A stretch of DNA of 64,000 nt from Rozella allomycis CSF55 (GCA_000442015.1 KE561117.1:1-64000), one strand, 5' to 3'. Numbered from the stretch's first letter, positions 1 through 13,215 are shown. Translations and numbers: made by a program. Notes: a model not told the origin generated them from the sequence alone.

Positions 1-3000
1 CGATAACCACCACCAACAGACAGCCAAACATAACCCATTGGACATAATCCAGTTCGTTGCAACTTTCTTTGAATTTCTTGTTCCTTTTTTCTTTCTTGTT
101 CAATTTGCTTTCTAATCATTTCTTCTTCCCTTTGCTTTCTCAATGCTTCTTCTCTAGCAAGACGTATTTTCTCCTTTAGCTCTTCTTCAAGTCTTTTTCT
201 TTCTCGATCTTCTTTGATTTCTTGTTTTATTTTTTCAACTTGCGCTTTGAATTCTTGATTCTTTTTCTCTAACGCATGAGCACTCTCTTGGTGTGCTTTC
301 TTTGCTAGTTGAATCGCTTTATCTCTTTTAGATTCCAATAATTGTTGTTTCTGTTTAGCTTCTGTAACTTGTTGCCAAATTTCATCAGACACTCCAGCAT
401 CTCTTCCATCATTTCTATTATCCTTTTTAACTTTGTTTTTAACATCATTTGATTGCTTACTTTTATCATCTTGCTTCTCACTCTCATCACTATCACTACC
501 TTCATTGTTCTCTCTAGTCCTTGGTCTTAACTTTGATGTCTTTGTTTGAAGCTTGATCAAAATTCAAGGGGAAATTGAATCTAGAAAGTTTGGGACAATT
601 ATTCTGACGCCTTCTTTCATCCACAACTTGATTTATACAATCAATCACAACACCAGAATCAATTTCAAAACTTCTTGAGCTATTAACTTTCATTGAAGAA
701 CAATTCGCAGAAACTTTATGATAAACTTTTCTTCCAATTGTGTTAATATCGCGAGCATTACCCCAATTATCCAACTTGTTGCAACTTTGAAATATTTCAA
801 GTATTTTGGATTTAACGTTTGAATAATCTTTAATAATCAAATCATCTTGTTTCAAATTCTTTAATAATAATTCTTCTAAATGTTTTGCAGAAAAGTTTTT
901 AAATTCAATCGTTTCAGTAAAGCGACTAGCAAGCCCAGCATTCGCATTCATGAGTTCATCCATGTCTTTGGGATATCCAGCCAACACAACAACAAGTTTA
1001 TTATAAAATTCTGGTTTCGTCAATTGACAAACAAGTTCATCAATCGCTTCTTTAGTAAACCCACCAGAATTCGAATTCAATCGATACGCTTCATCAATAA
1101 ACAAAACTTTTCCCAACCCTTCCCTCATCTTGGCTAAAAGCTTGGGCGTTGTGTGTCCAACGTACTGTCCAATTAAATCATTCACAGAAACTTCAACAAC
1201 TTCATCTGAATACAAAAGCCCCAATTTACAAAAGAATTTTCCCAATCTTCTTGCTACAGTTGTCTTTCCTGTTCCAGGTGGCCCTACAAATCTAAAATTA
1301 AATGGAACTTTTTCAAATGGTTCTTTCCCTTGCTTCACCGAAAATTTCACGCTATCGTTGATTTGCTTAAATTTCGCAATTATTTCTTTACAACCAATCA
1401 AATCGCCCAACAAGCTATCAAAGTCAATTTCCTCAACATGATTATCGCCTTTCCAATTAGGATCAAAATCAGTAGCAATAATTTCCGAATAATCAATATT
1501 CTCATTCTCATTAATCCTTGTCTGCATATTCTCTATAGCCGTGGCAATCAAACTCTCCACAGCCCCACCATTTCCGAAATTTGGCATAATTTTCTTTTTT
1601 TCTAAAACATTGCTGGCAGCCAATTGTGCAGAAAATGAACATTTCAAATTCTTATTGCGCAACTTCAAATTCAATATTTGCATCAATTGTTCAGTAGAAT
1701 AATCTTCAAACATGAAATGACTGTCAAATCTTCTCTTCAATCCAGGATTAGACTTGTCTAGCATCTCTTCCATTTGCTCCTTGTAGCCCAACAGCAACAC
1801 ACATTGATCATCACCTGGCACATTTTGGACCTCAGCTACTATCGTATCAATCACTGCACTTCGATATGGATCAATAGAATTGCTGCCACTAAACAACCCA
1901 TAAGCTTCATCAATAACTAAAACTTTTCCTTTGGCGGCCTCCAAAATCTTTGTCGTGTTTTTCTCCGATTCTCCCAAATGTGCTCCAACAAAATCACTTG
2001 GCTTTCTTAACAATACTTCTCCATTGCTCAACAATCCCAAACTCTTTAAAATCGTCCCGTAAATTTTAGCAACTGTTGTCTTGCCAGTACCAGGATTGCC
2101 CATAAACACTTTATTCAAAGAAACAAACAATGGCTCCTGTCCATTCAATTCTCTTTCATAATTAGATTTTATCAACTGCAGCATCTTTCGAACATTATTT
2201 TTAATACTTTCAAGCCCAATCATTGATTCAAGAGTTTTAAAAGCTTCTGAATCTGCAATAACTTTTGAAGGATCTGGTCCAATCATATCTTCTCTTGTTA
2301 TCTCAAAATCATCACCGGGAAGACCAGAACAATTTAATTCACTAACACGAGTTGATTGTGCTTCAAATATTCTTTCAATTATATTCGCTACAGCTCTAGC
2401 ATTTCCAAATCCCTCCTTGCCTCTTTGCCTTCCCAATCTCTTTATAACAATATCAACATATTTCCCATCCAAGCCATCTTCAACCAAAAATGGAATATTC
2501 TTCACTTTCTTATTAAACGTATATTTAAATATTTCCTTCAATTCTTTATTCGTATAATCTTCAAAATTAAAAGTATAGGGGAATCTACTAGGAAGCCCTT
2601 CATTATGCATCAACAAATCTTCCAATTTCTTTGAATATCCAGCAAACACAACCACCAATTTACCAATATTGTTTTCCATTTCAGTCAACAAATAATCCAA
2701 AACATGCGCTCCTTGGCCACCCTTATGAGGATTCAATTGATAAGCTTCATCCACAAACAACACACCGCCTCCATCCATCATAATATTATCTAAAAACTTT
2801 TTCAATCCTTGGACTCCTTCATGAACTAGTTTTGATCCGCTAGTTTCTACAAACGTACTTCCATTAAGCGCTCCAATTTCATGCAAAAATTTCGCGTATA
2901 ATCTAGCAACTGTCGTCTTTCCTGTGCCAGGATTCCCTTTCATCATCACATTCAACCTCATATCATCAAGCCTCATACCAACCCTCTTTTTATGATTAAT

Positions 3001-6000
3001 TGAAAAGAATATTCCAAGCAGCGACTTTTTTATAGACTCTAATCCGATCATTGCCATTATTTCATCCAGGGCTTCATTTGATTCACCGTGTCTCTTCTTT
3101 TCATTATCCCAGATTTCATTGGCTGACTTTTTCTTTTCATCTGGTGAAATATACTCAATAAAACTCTTGGAAATAGCATCCAACAATCCATCCATATGAC
3201 TTGTTAGCTCTTTTGCATATTCTGGAACAAACCCTTGAATCTTTGATAGTTTAGAAAATAAGGCAATCAAACCAAAACAATCCTTTAACAAAGTTTTATC
3301 ATCTTTCATCACAAATGATTTCACAAATACAACGCAACAACAATACAATTCAATAAATGACATTTTGCCCATTTTTTCTGCAAGATTAATATTGTTAATT
3401 AATGTGAAATCATCTACAATAGCCCTATTAGCCAATCTCATAATTTCAAGGTATGGTTGGACGCATTGTTCATCCTTTAGACTATCAAGCAACTTTATTG
3501 AAGATACTTTTTTGCAAAACTTTATTATCGAGGGCTTTAAAATTTCTTCAGCTTTTTGTGGCAATTTTACATAATTTTGATCAACGCCTTGCCATGTGAA
3601 AGGATTCCCTTTATCCAAAAGGGCAATAATCTTGTTCCAATCTTTCGCTTTGATTGCTTTTATCAATTCTTTTGTATCCGAATCTTTTTCATCGTCTTGT
3701 AAAGATGAAGATTTCTTATTGTGATCTTTGCTTTCACCTTTCTTGTTTCCTTCAGAAGATAATGCTGGTGTACAACTAGATGAATTATCACTAGTTTTAT
3801 TCGCGTCCGTTTTCTGATCTCTTTGTTGATCTTTTTGTTGAACATTTTGCTGATGATTTTTGCCTATCAAAAGTAAAGGTAAATTTTACTATTTCCATCT
3901 TTAATAGAATTCTTAAGATTCTCAATTTTGTTTTCGTATTGTTTTACAAGATTTTGAATATTCTCCTTTTCCTTGTCCTGAATTTCCATATTCTTCATCT
4001 TATTTTGGGTGTCAAGTAGAGATTTTTCAAGTTCAATTTGCTTCTTTTTAAGTCTTAGCTTACTCAATTCATCAATCTGCGAATTTTCCTTTTTAGCTTT
4101 TTCCAATTCTTCAGCCGCCAACTCAATGTCATATTCAATTTCCAACTTTTCTTTGAGAGCTTTGATTTCATTTTGTTTCTTTTTATTTTGTATTTCCAAC
4201 TCTTTAGCGCAAAACTCGCACTTTGGATCATTATCGCCGCACTTGTACTGATACTTGTGGCCCTTGGCACATTGATCAAAAATTAAAACTGCACACACAA
4301 CATTTACATGGTCAATTGAAGGATGACACTTTAATGGGCAATTATGACCACATGGCAAAATATCACCGCAGTCTTTGAAACAACCGCCATTTGGAGGAAA
4401 ATCTTTTGCAGACGTAACTTGCATATAAAAATTTGGATGTTTTTCGCATGCCAAAGGAAATCCCTTAAAAATACACCCTTCTTTTTGTAATTTATCAAAA
4501 AGCTTTCTCCATATTTCACTTTTGCCAAATGTATTCATGTTTCCTATCAATACCAAACCATTTCTTGCTCGAGAAAGCAAAACATTCACTCTTTGCGGTT
4601 CTTTCATGAACCCAATACTGCATTCGTCATTGCTTCTTGTTAAACTAGCGATTACAATATCAGCTTCTTCTCCCTGGTAGTTATCAATAGTTGCTAAATT
4701 CACTTTTCTTTGGTTTTCAGATAAAGTAACATCCGTTATACCACTCTTATTTATATCCTCCGTATCTAATTCTCCCAATTGGACATTATAGAACTTTGAA
4801 ACTGCTTTTTTCAAATCGACCAATTGTGCCAGGTATGGTGTTAAAATAACCATGTCATTCTTTGTGTAGCCTTGATTGAAAAAGTGCTTCACAATCGCTG
4901 TGACCAATTCGACTTCAAAGGGATTTCTCTTTGACAAACTACACTCTGACTTGTTCATAATAGTCTCATCTTCATTTTCTAAATGCTCATGATGAATAAA
5001 AACAATCGGCTTCTGCATTCCTCTTATGGGTGGCCTATTAAGTGTGGACTCGTGATCCTTTAACTCTGGATAAGTTAAAAGTCTGACACATTCAGATATC
5101 TCTGGTCTCATCCGATGCTGGGTATCCAAACACACATGAGGATAATCATTCGATACCAATCTCTCAAACAATGACTTGTTGAGATCATGGCCGTTACCAG
5201 ACTCGACACTTAAATTGTATAAATTAATTTTTGGTCTTAATTGTTTATGATCTCCTATCATAATGATCTTTTAAAATTCTGGAATCTTTGTTACCTGCTT
5301 ACATGATTTCGAAATGCTAGTAACGACATGGGACTCAAGAACCTCGCCTGCTTCCTCCAATATCAACACATTAGCATCAAAAGCCTCCACAAGATGAGAA
5401 TTCTTAGCAGCACCGGTTGTAGTACATCCCATAATTCTTTTGCTTCTTATTTCTCGAATATCACTTTCACCGCACAACTCTTTTAACATTTCAATCGTGT
5501 TATTATATTCCAAAATCTTATTCCCAAAATCCAATTCAAATTCATTGTTGATTTCGTTAATCCAAGAACGCAACAATTCCAGGCGTTTTTCTCCATTCAT
5601 ACACCAAACCTTCATTGTTTCCATTGACATTTCGTCACTATAAAATTTATACACTTCATCTAAGCTCATTCCATCAATCCAATATTCCCACAAGTGTCTG
5701 CCGTTTAATTTTTTTCCGTCTTTTGCGATCATCATGAAATTGCCATTCCCAACATCTGGCTCCTTGAAAACATCACTTATTTCTGGGTTAACGATATTTA
5801 AATAATTTTTAAAGGTCCAGTATTGATTCTTAGCATTTTTTTCGGTCAAGTTAATATGTCTTGAATACTTCGAACTAACTGCGTTTTCTTGACTATCCGA
5901 AAGGCTCATTAAAGATGCGTATTGCCTGTTGAAACTGGGATCATAAGATTTCCGATTACCTAGTATTTAATGAAAATTATTGTAATTACGTGACTCAAAA

Positions 6001-7672
6001 AGGGAGCAACTCTTTACTCTATCACTTACTTTAGCAAAACCAATCCTGACTATGTCATTTTCCGAAACCCCAATATCTAAAAGATTTTCTAAATATTGAT
6101 CAAGAGCATGATTTGTGTAGCAAACACAAAGAACTTTACATCGAGGATCCAAAAGAGCAATTTTGGCGATGATGGTCCCACAGTAAGACTTGCCAGTGCC
6201 AGGAGGTCCTTGAATCAAGCTCATTTTCATACTAAATGAGTTCACAACCGCTTCTCTTTGTTTTTCATTTAAAATAATTGGCTTTTTCAAATTCATGCAA
6301 TCAAGTTCTTGCATGTTCAAGTCGGATGTTTTTATAAATTCAATAATTGGATGTAAAAAATCATTATTCTCAACATGCCTCGAAACAGAATGAATTATTT
6401 CATCAGGAAAAGGAACATCAGATAAAGTTCTTAACTTTTCTAAAAATGGCTTGTAAGCAAAGAACGATGCACTAAATTGAACCAATCTAACATCTTTTGT
6501 TTCATTGTCGATGGTAAAATTGCATAGTTTCAGAATATCACTGGTTTGAAAAAAGTAAACCCTGACAACATTTTTTGCCGATAACTCGGAGCGATCAAGG
6601 ACAGAGCCTATGCAGAGCAAATTCTTGCCTTTAACTAAAGCGACCAATGAATCGACTGTCAATAATCTTTGATTTTCATCCCAATACTTTTTCAACAAAT
6701 TCTTCTTATTCTCTTTCATATTTTTTGTATTAAATCTAATTCAAAACAACATGAATCAAATTACTTTGGCTGCGACAATTTGATCTTCATATGAACGGGA
6801 TGCCTCTTTTTGGTATTGTAAGACACACCGAGAATATCTTCAACGATAAATGTTCTGGCCCTTAATTTAGATGCAATTTTCTTTTCAGAGGGAGTTTTTG
6901 GATTTAAATAGCAAAGCCATTCCTCCCTTATTGTCCCATGTACATCTTCTCGAAGAATTCTGTACTGCCAGTCCAAATAGCGATTGTCTTCTAGCTTCTT
7001 GTCCTTTTCAGGGCCAGTAAAGACTGACTTCGGGACTACAGGTAAATCTTTAAGATCTGAAATAGAGGGTGCCGCTGACATACTTCTGAATTCAGAGTAT
7101 GAGTACTTTTGATTTTCATCATTGGGAGCATCATTAAGCATGTTTAAAATACTATTTCCAATTCTCTTGGATTTTTCATCAATAGAAGAACCCAATAAAT
7201 TTCCCAGGCGAAGAGTTTCTTCTGAATTCTTAACACTAGCATAGATTTCTTGACCACTCTTCAAAAGTTCCAAAATAAGCCAACCAACTAAATAAGAATC
7301 TTGAATCTTCATGAAATTCTCAGTTACAAACTCAAGCAAACTCTGACAATTGAAGATTTCATAGAGAACACGGTAAAAATAATTCTGCCTTTCACCCTCA
7401 ATTAATGAACGATTGTCATGTAAAAACATAAGCAACTTTTTGAAAGAACCATTAATAAATCGGATGCTAACATCAACCAAGAGCGCCGACTGCAACTGAA
7501 CTAAAGGTTTTCCATCATTCAAAGTAACCAGATCAGACACAACTTTGATAGGATTCGACTGGGTGATGAAATCGATAAATTTCATCGCTTGATGCGAATT
7601 TACTATAGGGATAATCCCTTTGAAAAGCTTTAACTCCACAGACATAGAAGTACCAAATTTTTTTCCAATCAT
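1..7672 (-). CDS. Giant multi-exon protein: ZNFX1/Upf1-like SF1 helicase + NF-X1-type Zn finger + coiled coil + three CbbX/SpoVK-type AAA+ domains + C-terminal Cys motif (3' end runs off the window)
   Basis: ORFs 6761-7672, 5967-6719, 5271-5909, 3867-5261 and 514-3870 join in frame through 29, 30, 27 and 26 nt GT..AG introns. Helicase motifs: QGPPGTGKS, EEAGE, IGDHKQLRP, SLFERL, QHRM, TIDNYQGEE, RVNVLLSRAR. Zn finger CGDILPCGHNCPLKCH. Three GxPGTGKT/hhDEAY pairs. A downstream frame gives RDAGVSDEIW and GLCPMGYVWLSVGGGYR at 1-60. Confidence 0.85.
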
Positions 7673-7780
7673 TGAATTGGGTCAAGGTGGCTGACAGTCA
7701 AGATCTGAAAGATAAGTAGGTAATCTAAGATCTTTGCTTCACGTATGGTTTATATTCTCTTAATTTTTTCGAAATTACAA

Positions 7781-7862
7781 GACACAGTCGCATAGTGGCT
7801 ATTGCGTTGGCCTGCTAAGCCAATTCCCTCTGGGAGCGAGAGTTCGAATCTCTCCTGTGTCG
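7781..7862 (+). tRNA. tRNA-Ser (anticodon GCT)
   Basis: Acceptor stem GACACAG/CTGTGTC plus G discriminator; anticodon arm TTGGC-CTGCTAA-GCCAA; long variable arm TCCC-TCT-GGGA; T arm GAGAG-TTCGAAT-CTCTC; followed by a T8 Pol III terminator. Confidence 0.96.
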
Positions 7863-7878
7863 TTTTTTTTATTTTTTC

Positions 7879-8800
7879 ATGAATTTTTCCTTTGTCAGAG
7901 ACGCTAGCAACGAGCTAAGTAGTATTCAAGACAGTAATTTTTTAATATTATTTCTTGACAAAGTCACTTTTTTCACATTAATAGTAAACAAACAGGACGT
8001 ATCGAAGACTTTAAAGTAATCCCCTCAAAAGTTCGAGATAGGTTGTTGAATCAACAATTGCCATTATCTAAAAAGTTTCCGTTTCTAAAGAGAATTAGAA
8101 AACTAAGTACGGATTTTGTTACTTGCCATAAAGATGATGAAAGTGTTGAAATTTTGGCTCATCCCAAAAATAATGATGAAAGTCAAGTGGATTCAGATTT
8201 AGAAACTTTATTAGATTCCAATAGTATTGCATACAAACCTAATGTTGTACAGGTGCCAAATAGAGGAGCCGTATCAAAAGTAGAGTTTGAAAGCAGCTAT
8301 AAAAATCGTTGGCCATGTAACTTCTATCCACCCTACAATGATCCTCTTGAGACTATTACCCAGGAGGAGAGTATTGTTCTAGAGGATCTTTTGAATAAGC
8401 TTGACGAATACGATGGCTTCATTGTTGATCCTCGTTCGAGCAACCAAATTATCGCTTACGAGGCAAAAATTGACGCTTCTGACGAATCTGCGAGCAGCCC
8501 ATTAGGTCATATTACGATGAAATTGATAAATACCATATCTTCAAAGGACTTATTATCAACAGGTTTCAGCGACTCTTACCTTTGTAATGGCTACGATATT
8601 TTCCTGAAATATGAGCCATGTTTAATGTAAGTTATAAATGTTTTCGCAAAAGGTGTTCAATGGCTTTAGTGCATTCCAGAATTAGACGAGTATTTTTCCT
8701 GGAAAGAAATCACGATATTGGCGGCTTAGTGTCTATAGTTAAATTGTCTCAAACACCTGTCAATCATAAATTTTATGCATTTGAATGTTTAAATAAATAA
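7879..8800 (+). CDS. TAD3: tRNA adenosine-34 deaminase non-catalytic subunit Tad3/ADAT3
   Basis: YLCNGYDIFLKYEPCLM|CSMALVHSRIRRVFF...VNHKF; three short introns. Confidence 0.85.
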
Positions 8801-8857
8801 ATAAATAGACTTAAAATACTTCAATAATATTTGTGGCTTGCCACGGAAATTTTAAGC

Positions 8858-9914
8858 ATGAAAATAAGGACTGTTAAACAGAGAGCCTCTTCCAATATTC
8901 CATCAGAGTTAGAAGATATGTTTTTTTCTAAAAAAATATCTACTAAAGATCTTAAAGAACTAGAACAAAAGCATGGTATCTATCTTAGGCGCGGTGCATT
9001 TTCTTCCCGGGAAAACGCAATTATAGAAGATATTGCTCGAAAATTCGCAGAAGAGAAAGGTGTTTTATTCGAAGACTTGAAGGATAAAAATGTGGACGTT
9101 GGAATACCAGAATTACATGTCGAAATAGGTAAATCTTTAAATGTGCGTAAATAGCGAAAAAACTTAAAAGGTCATATGACTCGGTTAGATTCCATATGTA
9201 CCAGACATTTGTTCCAACTTTTGTGGACAAAAACTGGACCGAAAGAGATACTGAAGAGCTAAAAAAGTATGTAGTTGAAAAAAAATTGAAAATAGACTAT
9301 ATCTTGAGCAAAATAAAACAGTCTCCGAGATTGCCAAGATTTTGGGAAAGAAGAAATCATCAGTCAAATCTAAAGTTCTCCATTTATCTTGCCCACCAGA
9401 TAGTAGATCAAGTAAATATTAATTTAAGTCTTAAAAATAGACGGCTTCTGGAATGAAGATGAAGAACAAAGATTAAAAATCGCATGTGAAGAAAATATGA
9501 ATGCAACAGGACTTGATTATCCTAGCAATTGGGGCTGGATTGCCGAACAAGTTGGCACAAGAAGTAAAATACAATGTCGATCCAAATGGTAATTGTTTCT
9601 TGTATTAAGTATACAGGGGTCGTAATGTTGGGAATTTTTATTCCGATGAAAAGCCAGTTACATTTAGGATTTGGACACCTGAATTATGTCGCAAGTTGAT
9701 TAATTCAATAAGATCTCATGAATTTGATTCGGAACAATTAGTGAATTGGTATCAAGTGTCAAGAGACATGAATTGTACTTTGCCAAGTGTAGTAGCCAAG
9801 TGGGGAACTCTTAAAAAGCGTGTATTCAACTATAGAAGGCTAGATTTTGAGGGTAAAAATACTTGTATTGAATTAATAGAATTATTGAGTGAAGTTGAGA
9901 AAAATATTTGTTGA
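8858..9914 (+). CDS. Myb-repeat DNA-binding protein (Reb1/TTF1/DMTF1-like)
   Basis: RRGAFSSRENAII, NWTERDTEEL, GFWNEDEEQRL...WGWIAEQVGTRSKIQCRSKW, across several exons. Confidence 0.75.
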
Positions 9915-9988
9915 AAATTCCCACTAGCTGTTATTCAATAAATTTCGGAATTAAAATTATTTTTTGAGTCTTGCCTTTTACCTAACAT

Positions 9989-10066
9989 GGGCAAATGAGG
10001 AAAACCAATAGATTAGAGTCAAGCTCTGAATATCATTGATGAATATCTACGACGGTATCTGAGCCC
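9989..10066 (+). ncRNA. Box C/D snoRNA with two guides (LSU Um2417-equivalent and SSU Cm1007-equivalent, yeast numbering)
   Basis: Terminal stem GGGC/GCCC; box C ATGAGGA 9995-10001; D' CTGA 10026-29 preceded by TAGAGTCAAGCT (antisense to LSU AGCUUGACUCUA); C' TGATGA 10037-42; D CTGA 10059-62 preceded by CTACGACGGTAT (antisense to SSU AUACCGUCGUAG). Confidence 0.9.
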
Positions 10067-10292
10067 TTTTACAAACATTTGTGAAAATAATAAATTAACG
10101 TAGGATTTTGGTTTGTTGCCACTTTTGCGAAAAATTTAAGACCATTCAAAGGCTTCCCACCTTTTAGATGCTGTCAAGTGTCAATAGCTTTAAATATTAG
10201 GTGAGTATCAGTTTCTTTAAACACTAAAATTAGAAGAAATTTAGAAAGAAAGCTTTATTAAGTAATTATAGTTATTTATAAATTATAATTGA

Positions 10293-11365
10293 TCAGTCTT
10301 GACTCTTTTCATACATTAGTATGTAGGATTGTGACGACGCCGATACCTTTAATGACTCCCAATTCATAGATTTTGTTGTTTCATCACTACAAAATATCCA
10401 TTGATCTTCTCTGTATACATAGGAAACATAGTGCCCACTTGTCAGTGATTTTCCTTGGTGACATACTATTCCCTTTAAGTTATAAATTTCTTCGTCTAAT
10501 TCGATTACTAGGTCCAATGGAACGATGTTATTCAATTTGCGAAAGCTACTCCTTAATCTTTTATCTGACGCCTTGCCAAATCGTTTATAATGGAGAAACA
10601 ATACATCGGGCAACTTCGAAAAGGTAAGCGAACGAGATACACATTTGCTTTTTTTACATGATTCACACTCTATGGGCAATATTTCTTCTGCTTTTAACAT
10701 ATCTATGGACCGCAAAACGTGGCTCCTTTTATCTCTTTCTAATTCACCTGAAGAATTGCCGGCGTCGTCAATTGATAAATCCTTTAAGCTTAATATATCA
10801 AATGGCTCATCTATAATATCTAGAGAAATAACAGTAAAGGCTTCTTCGAATTTGCGTTCCTTGATTAAGGTGCGTATTTTAACCTACTTTTCTACATAAC
10901 TTGCATTTAATTGAAATCATATTTTTTCCCTTAAATGGACTCTCCTTTTCTTCGCACTCATCTACAATACCTAAAAGGCGCAGCAACACTTCGTGAGAAT
11001 CTTGTTGACTGTAGGAATTGTACATTGTATATCTTTATATTACTCGATTACATCGTACTTATTTTGTAGTGCACTTAAAAGTTGATTTGGTGAAATGGAA
11101 GTTTTCCCTTTTCCCATGTTACTAATAGTTTGGGCGACGGGAAATGCTTCAATGGATATTTTTTCCGGTGTACACAAAAGCTGTTCGCAAAGTCTTAAGA
11201 AATGCTGACTTGCGGCAAGAATCTATAAAATTTAAGTCGGGTATGCACAAATACTTGTAAAGTGGAATTCAAAAAGCATGTATTGCCTAAATTTCGGAGC
11301 CCTGGTATTATGGAACTTTTTTCTGTGGTCTTTTTTGGCAGTGACTTAACCTTCTTTTTGACCAT
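10293..11365 (-). CDS. Ubiquitin-specific protease (peptidase C19)
   Basis: Cys box GLRNLGNTCFLNSTLQ, QQDSHE, His box GIVCHQG...GHYVSYV, SYILMY. Confidence 0.9.
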
Positions 11366-11406
11366 AGAACAAGCCACCAAAAACTGCAATGTTAATTTTT
11401 ATTTGT

Positions 11407-13215
11407 TTAGCCAAATATTTGTTGACAAATTGGATTATCTGTTTCTTCAGCGTATGGATATCCTAGTGATTCAAGAGAAGCCTTCAGGGCATCATCTTTA
11501 CCGTCTTCCACCATAACACCAAGTAGTACGCGGCCGATATCACCCCCTAGATACCTATAATGAAGCATTGTAATATTCCACGGTCCATCTAATTTTGAAA
11601 ATACTTTCTGAAATACACCCGGTCTCTCTGGAAAGCGAAAACGAAATATCTTCTCTCCTTTTGCCTTTTATTTAAGTACTAAAAAGCAAATTACTTTAAT
11701 TGATGGCGGTAATTTTCCTCCAGTAAGGAAACGAGCATGAGATTTTGCGACATCGTTCTCCGATATGTCAATGGCATTCATATTCAATTTGGTTAATTCT
11801 GAAATCACTGTATTTATCTCATTCTTCCTGTTCTCGGTTTCAAAAGCTATTATTAATGTCGCAGTTTCGACATTTGTTAATCTATAAACGATTTCTGTCA
11901 CATTTCTGGGATAGATAACATTGTATAGTTTGAAGAATCTTAAATTTGGCACCATAAAATATTACAATCCTGGTTTTTCAGGCAAGGTGATAGATAACAT
12001 GGCTTCCTTTTGCTGTCCAAGTCTAGCCCTTTCAGCTACGAACCTTAACCTATTGAAATCCATATTCGCGCCAGAAAGTACAGCTGCAAATGAGCCATTG
12101 GTTATTTTATTATGGTTTATAAATTTTTTTAATCCAGCAAGCGCCAGTGCTCCTGAAGGTTCAACTATGGAGCGAGTATCATCAAATATATCTTTTATTG
12201 CAGCGCCTATGAAATAATAACTTTGAATTTTCTTACATATTTCATCTGTACCAACGGTAATCATACCATCGACATATTTTTGCGCCAATCTGAATGTTTC
12301 CTTACCCACTATTCTTATGGATGTACCGTCTGCAAATAATCCCTTGTCAGGAAGATGAGAAAAAATTACAGCCTCTTTTAATTCTACTCTCTGCCCCTCT
12401 TGTAATGATTTGGTCATGGCATCAGAATCTTCGGCATTCACACCGTATATTTTTATGTCTGGTCTAATTTGCTTAATATATGTTGCAACTCCTGAAATTA
12501 ATCCCCCGCCACCTACGCAGCAAAATACTGCATCCAACTTGTCGCTTTTTAGTTGATGAAGAATTTCCGCGCCGATTGTACCTTGGCCAGCAATAACATA
12601 TGGATCATCATAAGGATGGATCATGGTGAAATTATTTTGTTGGCAAAGTCTTATTGCCTCTGTTTTGGCCTCGTCGAAGTCGTTTCCGAACAAAATAACT
12701 TCGGCGCCTAACCTTTTGACATTTGCCCATTTAATTTCTGGTGAACCTTTTGGCATTACTATGACTGCGCGAATATTCATCTTTTTTGCTGCCAACGCAA
12801 CGCCTTGTGCATGGTTTCCTGCTGATACTGCTATGACGCCTAAAATTTAAATTTATGAGAATTTTTAACCTCTTTGCTTTTCTTCTTCGGTTAGTTTAGA
12901 CATTCTGTTATACGCTCCTCTACATTTAAATGAGAATACCGGTTGTAAATCTTCTCTCTTTAGATATATGGTGTTTGCCAAACGATGACTCAAATTTCTC
13001 GCAGTAACTAAAGGTGTTTCTTCACACACATCATAAACTCTTGCAGTCAAAATCATTCTTAAATATTCTATATCATCAAAAAATCCATCAGCGGTTTCAG
13101 GACCTATATGACTTTTTATGGTTGTTGGTAAAGCTGTTGTACATTCTAAATCAACAGAAGCATTAATTTTCGCATTTTGATTTGGAATCAAATCGATAAC
13201 TCTTGATGGCGACAT
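11407..13215 (-). CDS. ILV1: Threonine dehydratase (biosynthetic)
   Basis: [67 protein letters not shown]-terminal ACT-like repeats. Confidence 0.95.

Noticed and set aside
880-3574. Plus-strand ORFs opposite the AAA gene, and similar short antisense ORFs throughout the track
   Set aside because: Shadow ORFs of real genes, with no recognisable motifs.
5926-5961. AG|GTAATC after the helicase intron as a second stacked intron
   Set aside because: Removing 25 or 34 nt would shift the frame; reading it as exon keeps the frame open.
9968-9986. TCTTGCCTTTTACC resembles U5 snRNA loop I
   Set aside because: The flanking stem does not close (GTCT/TAAC), no Sm site or U5 fold is evident, and the adjacent sequence is explained by the C/D snoRNA.
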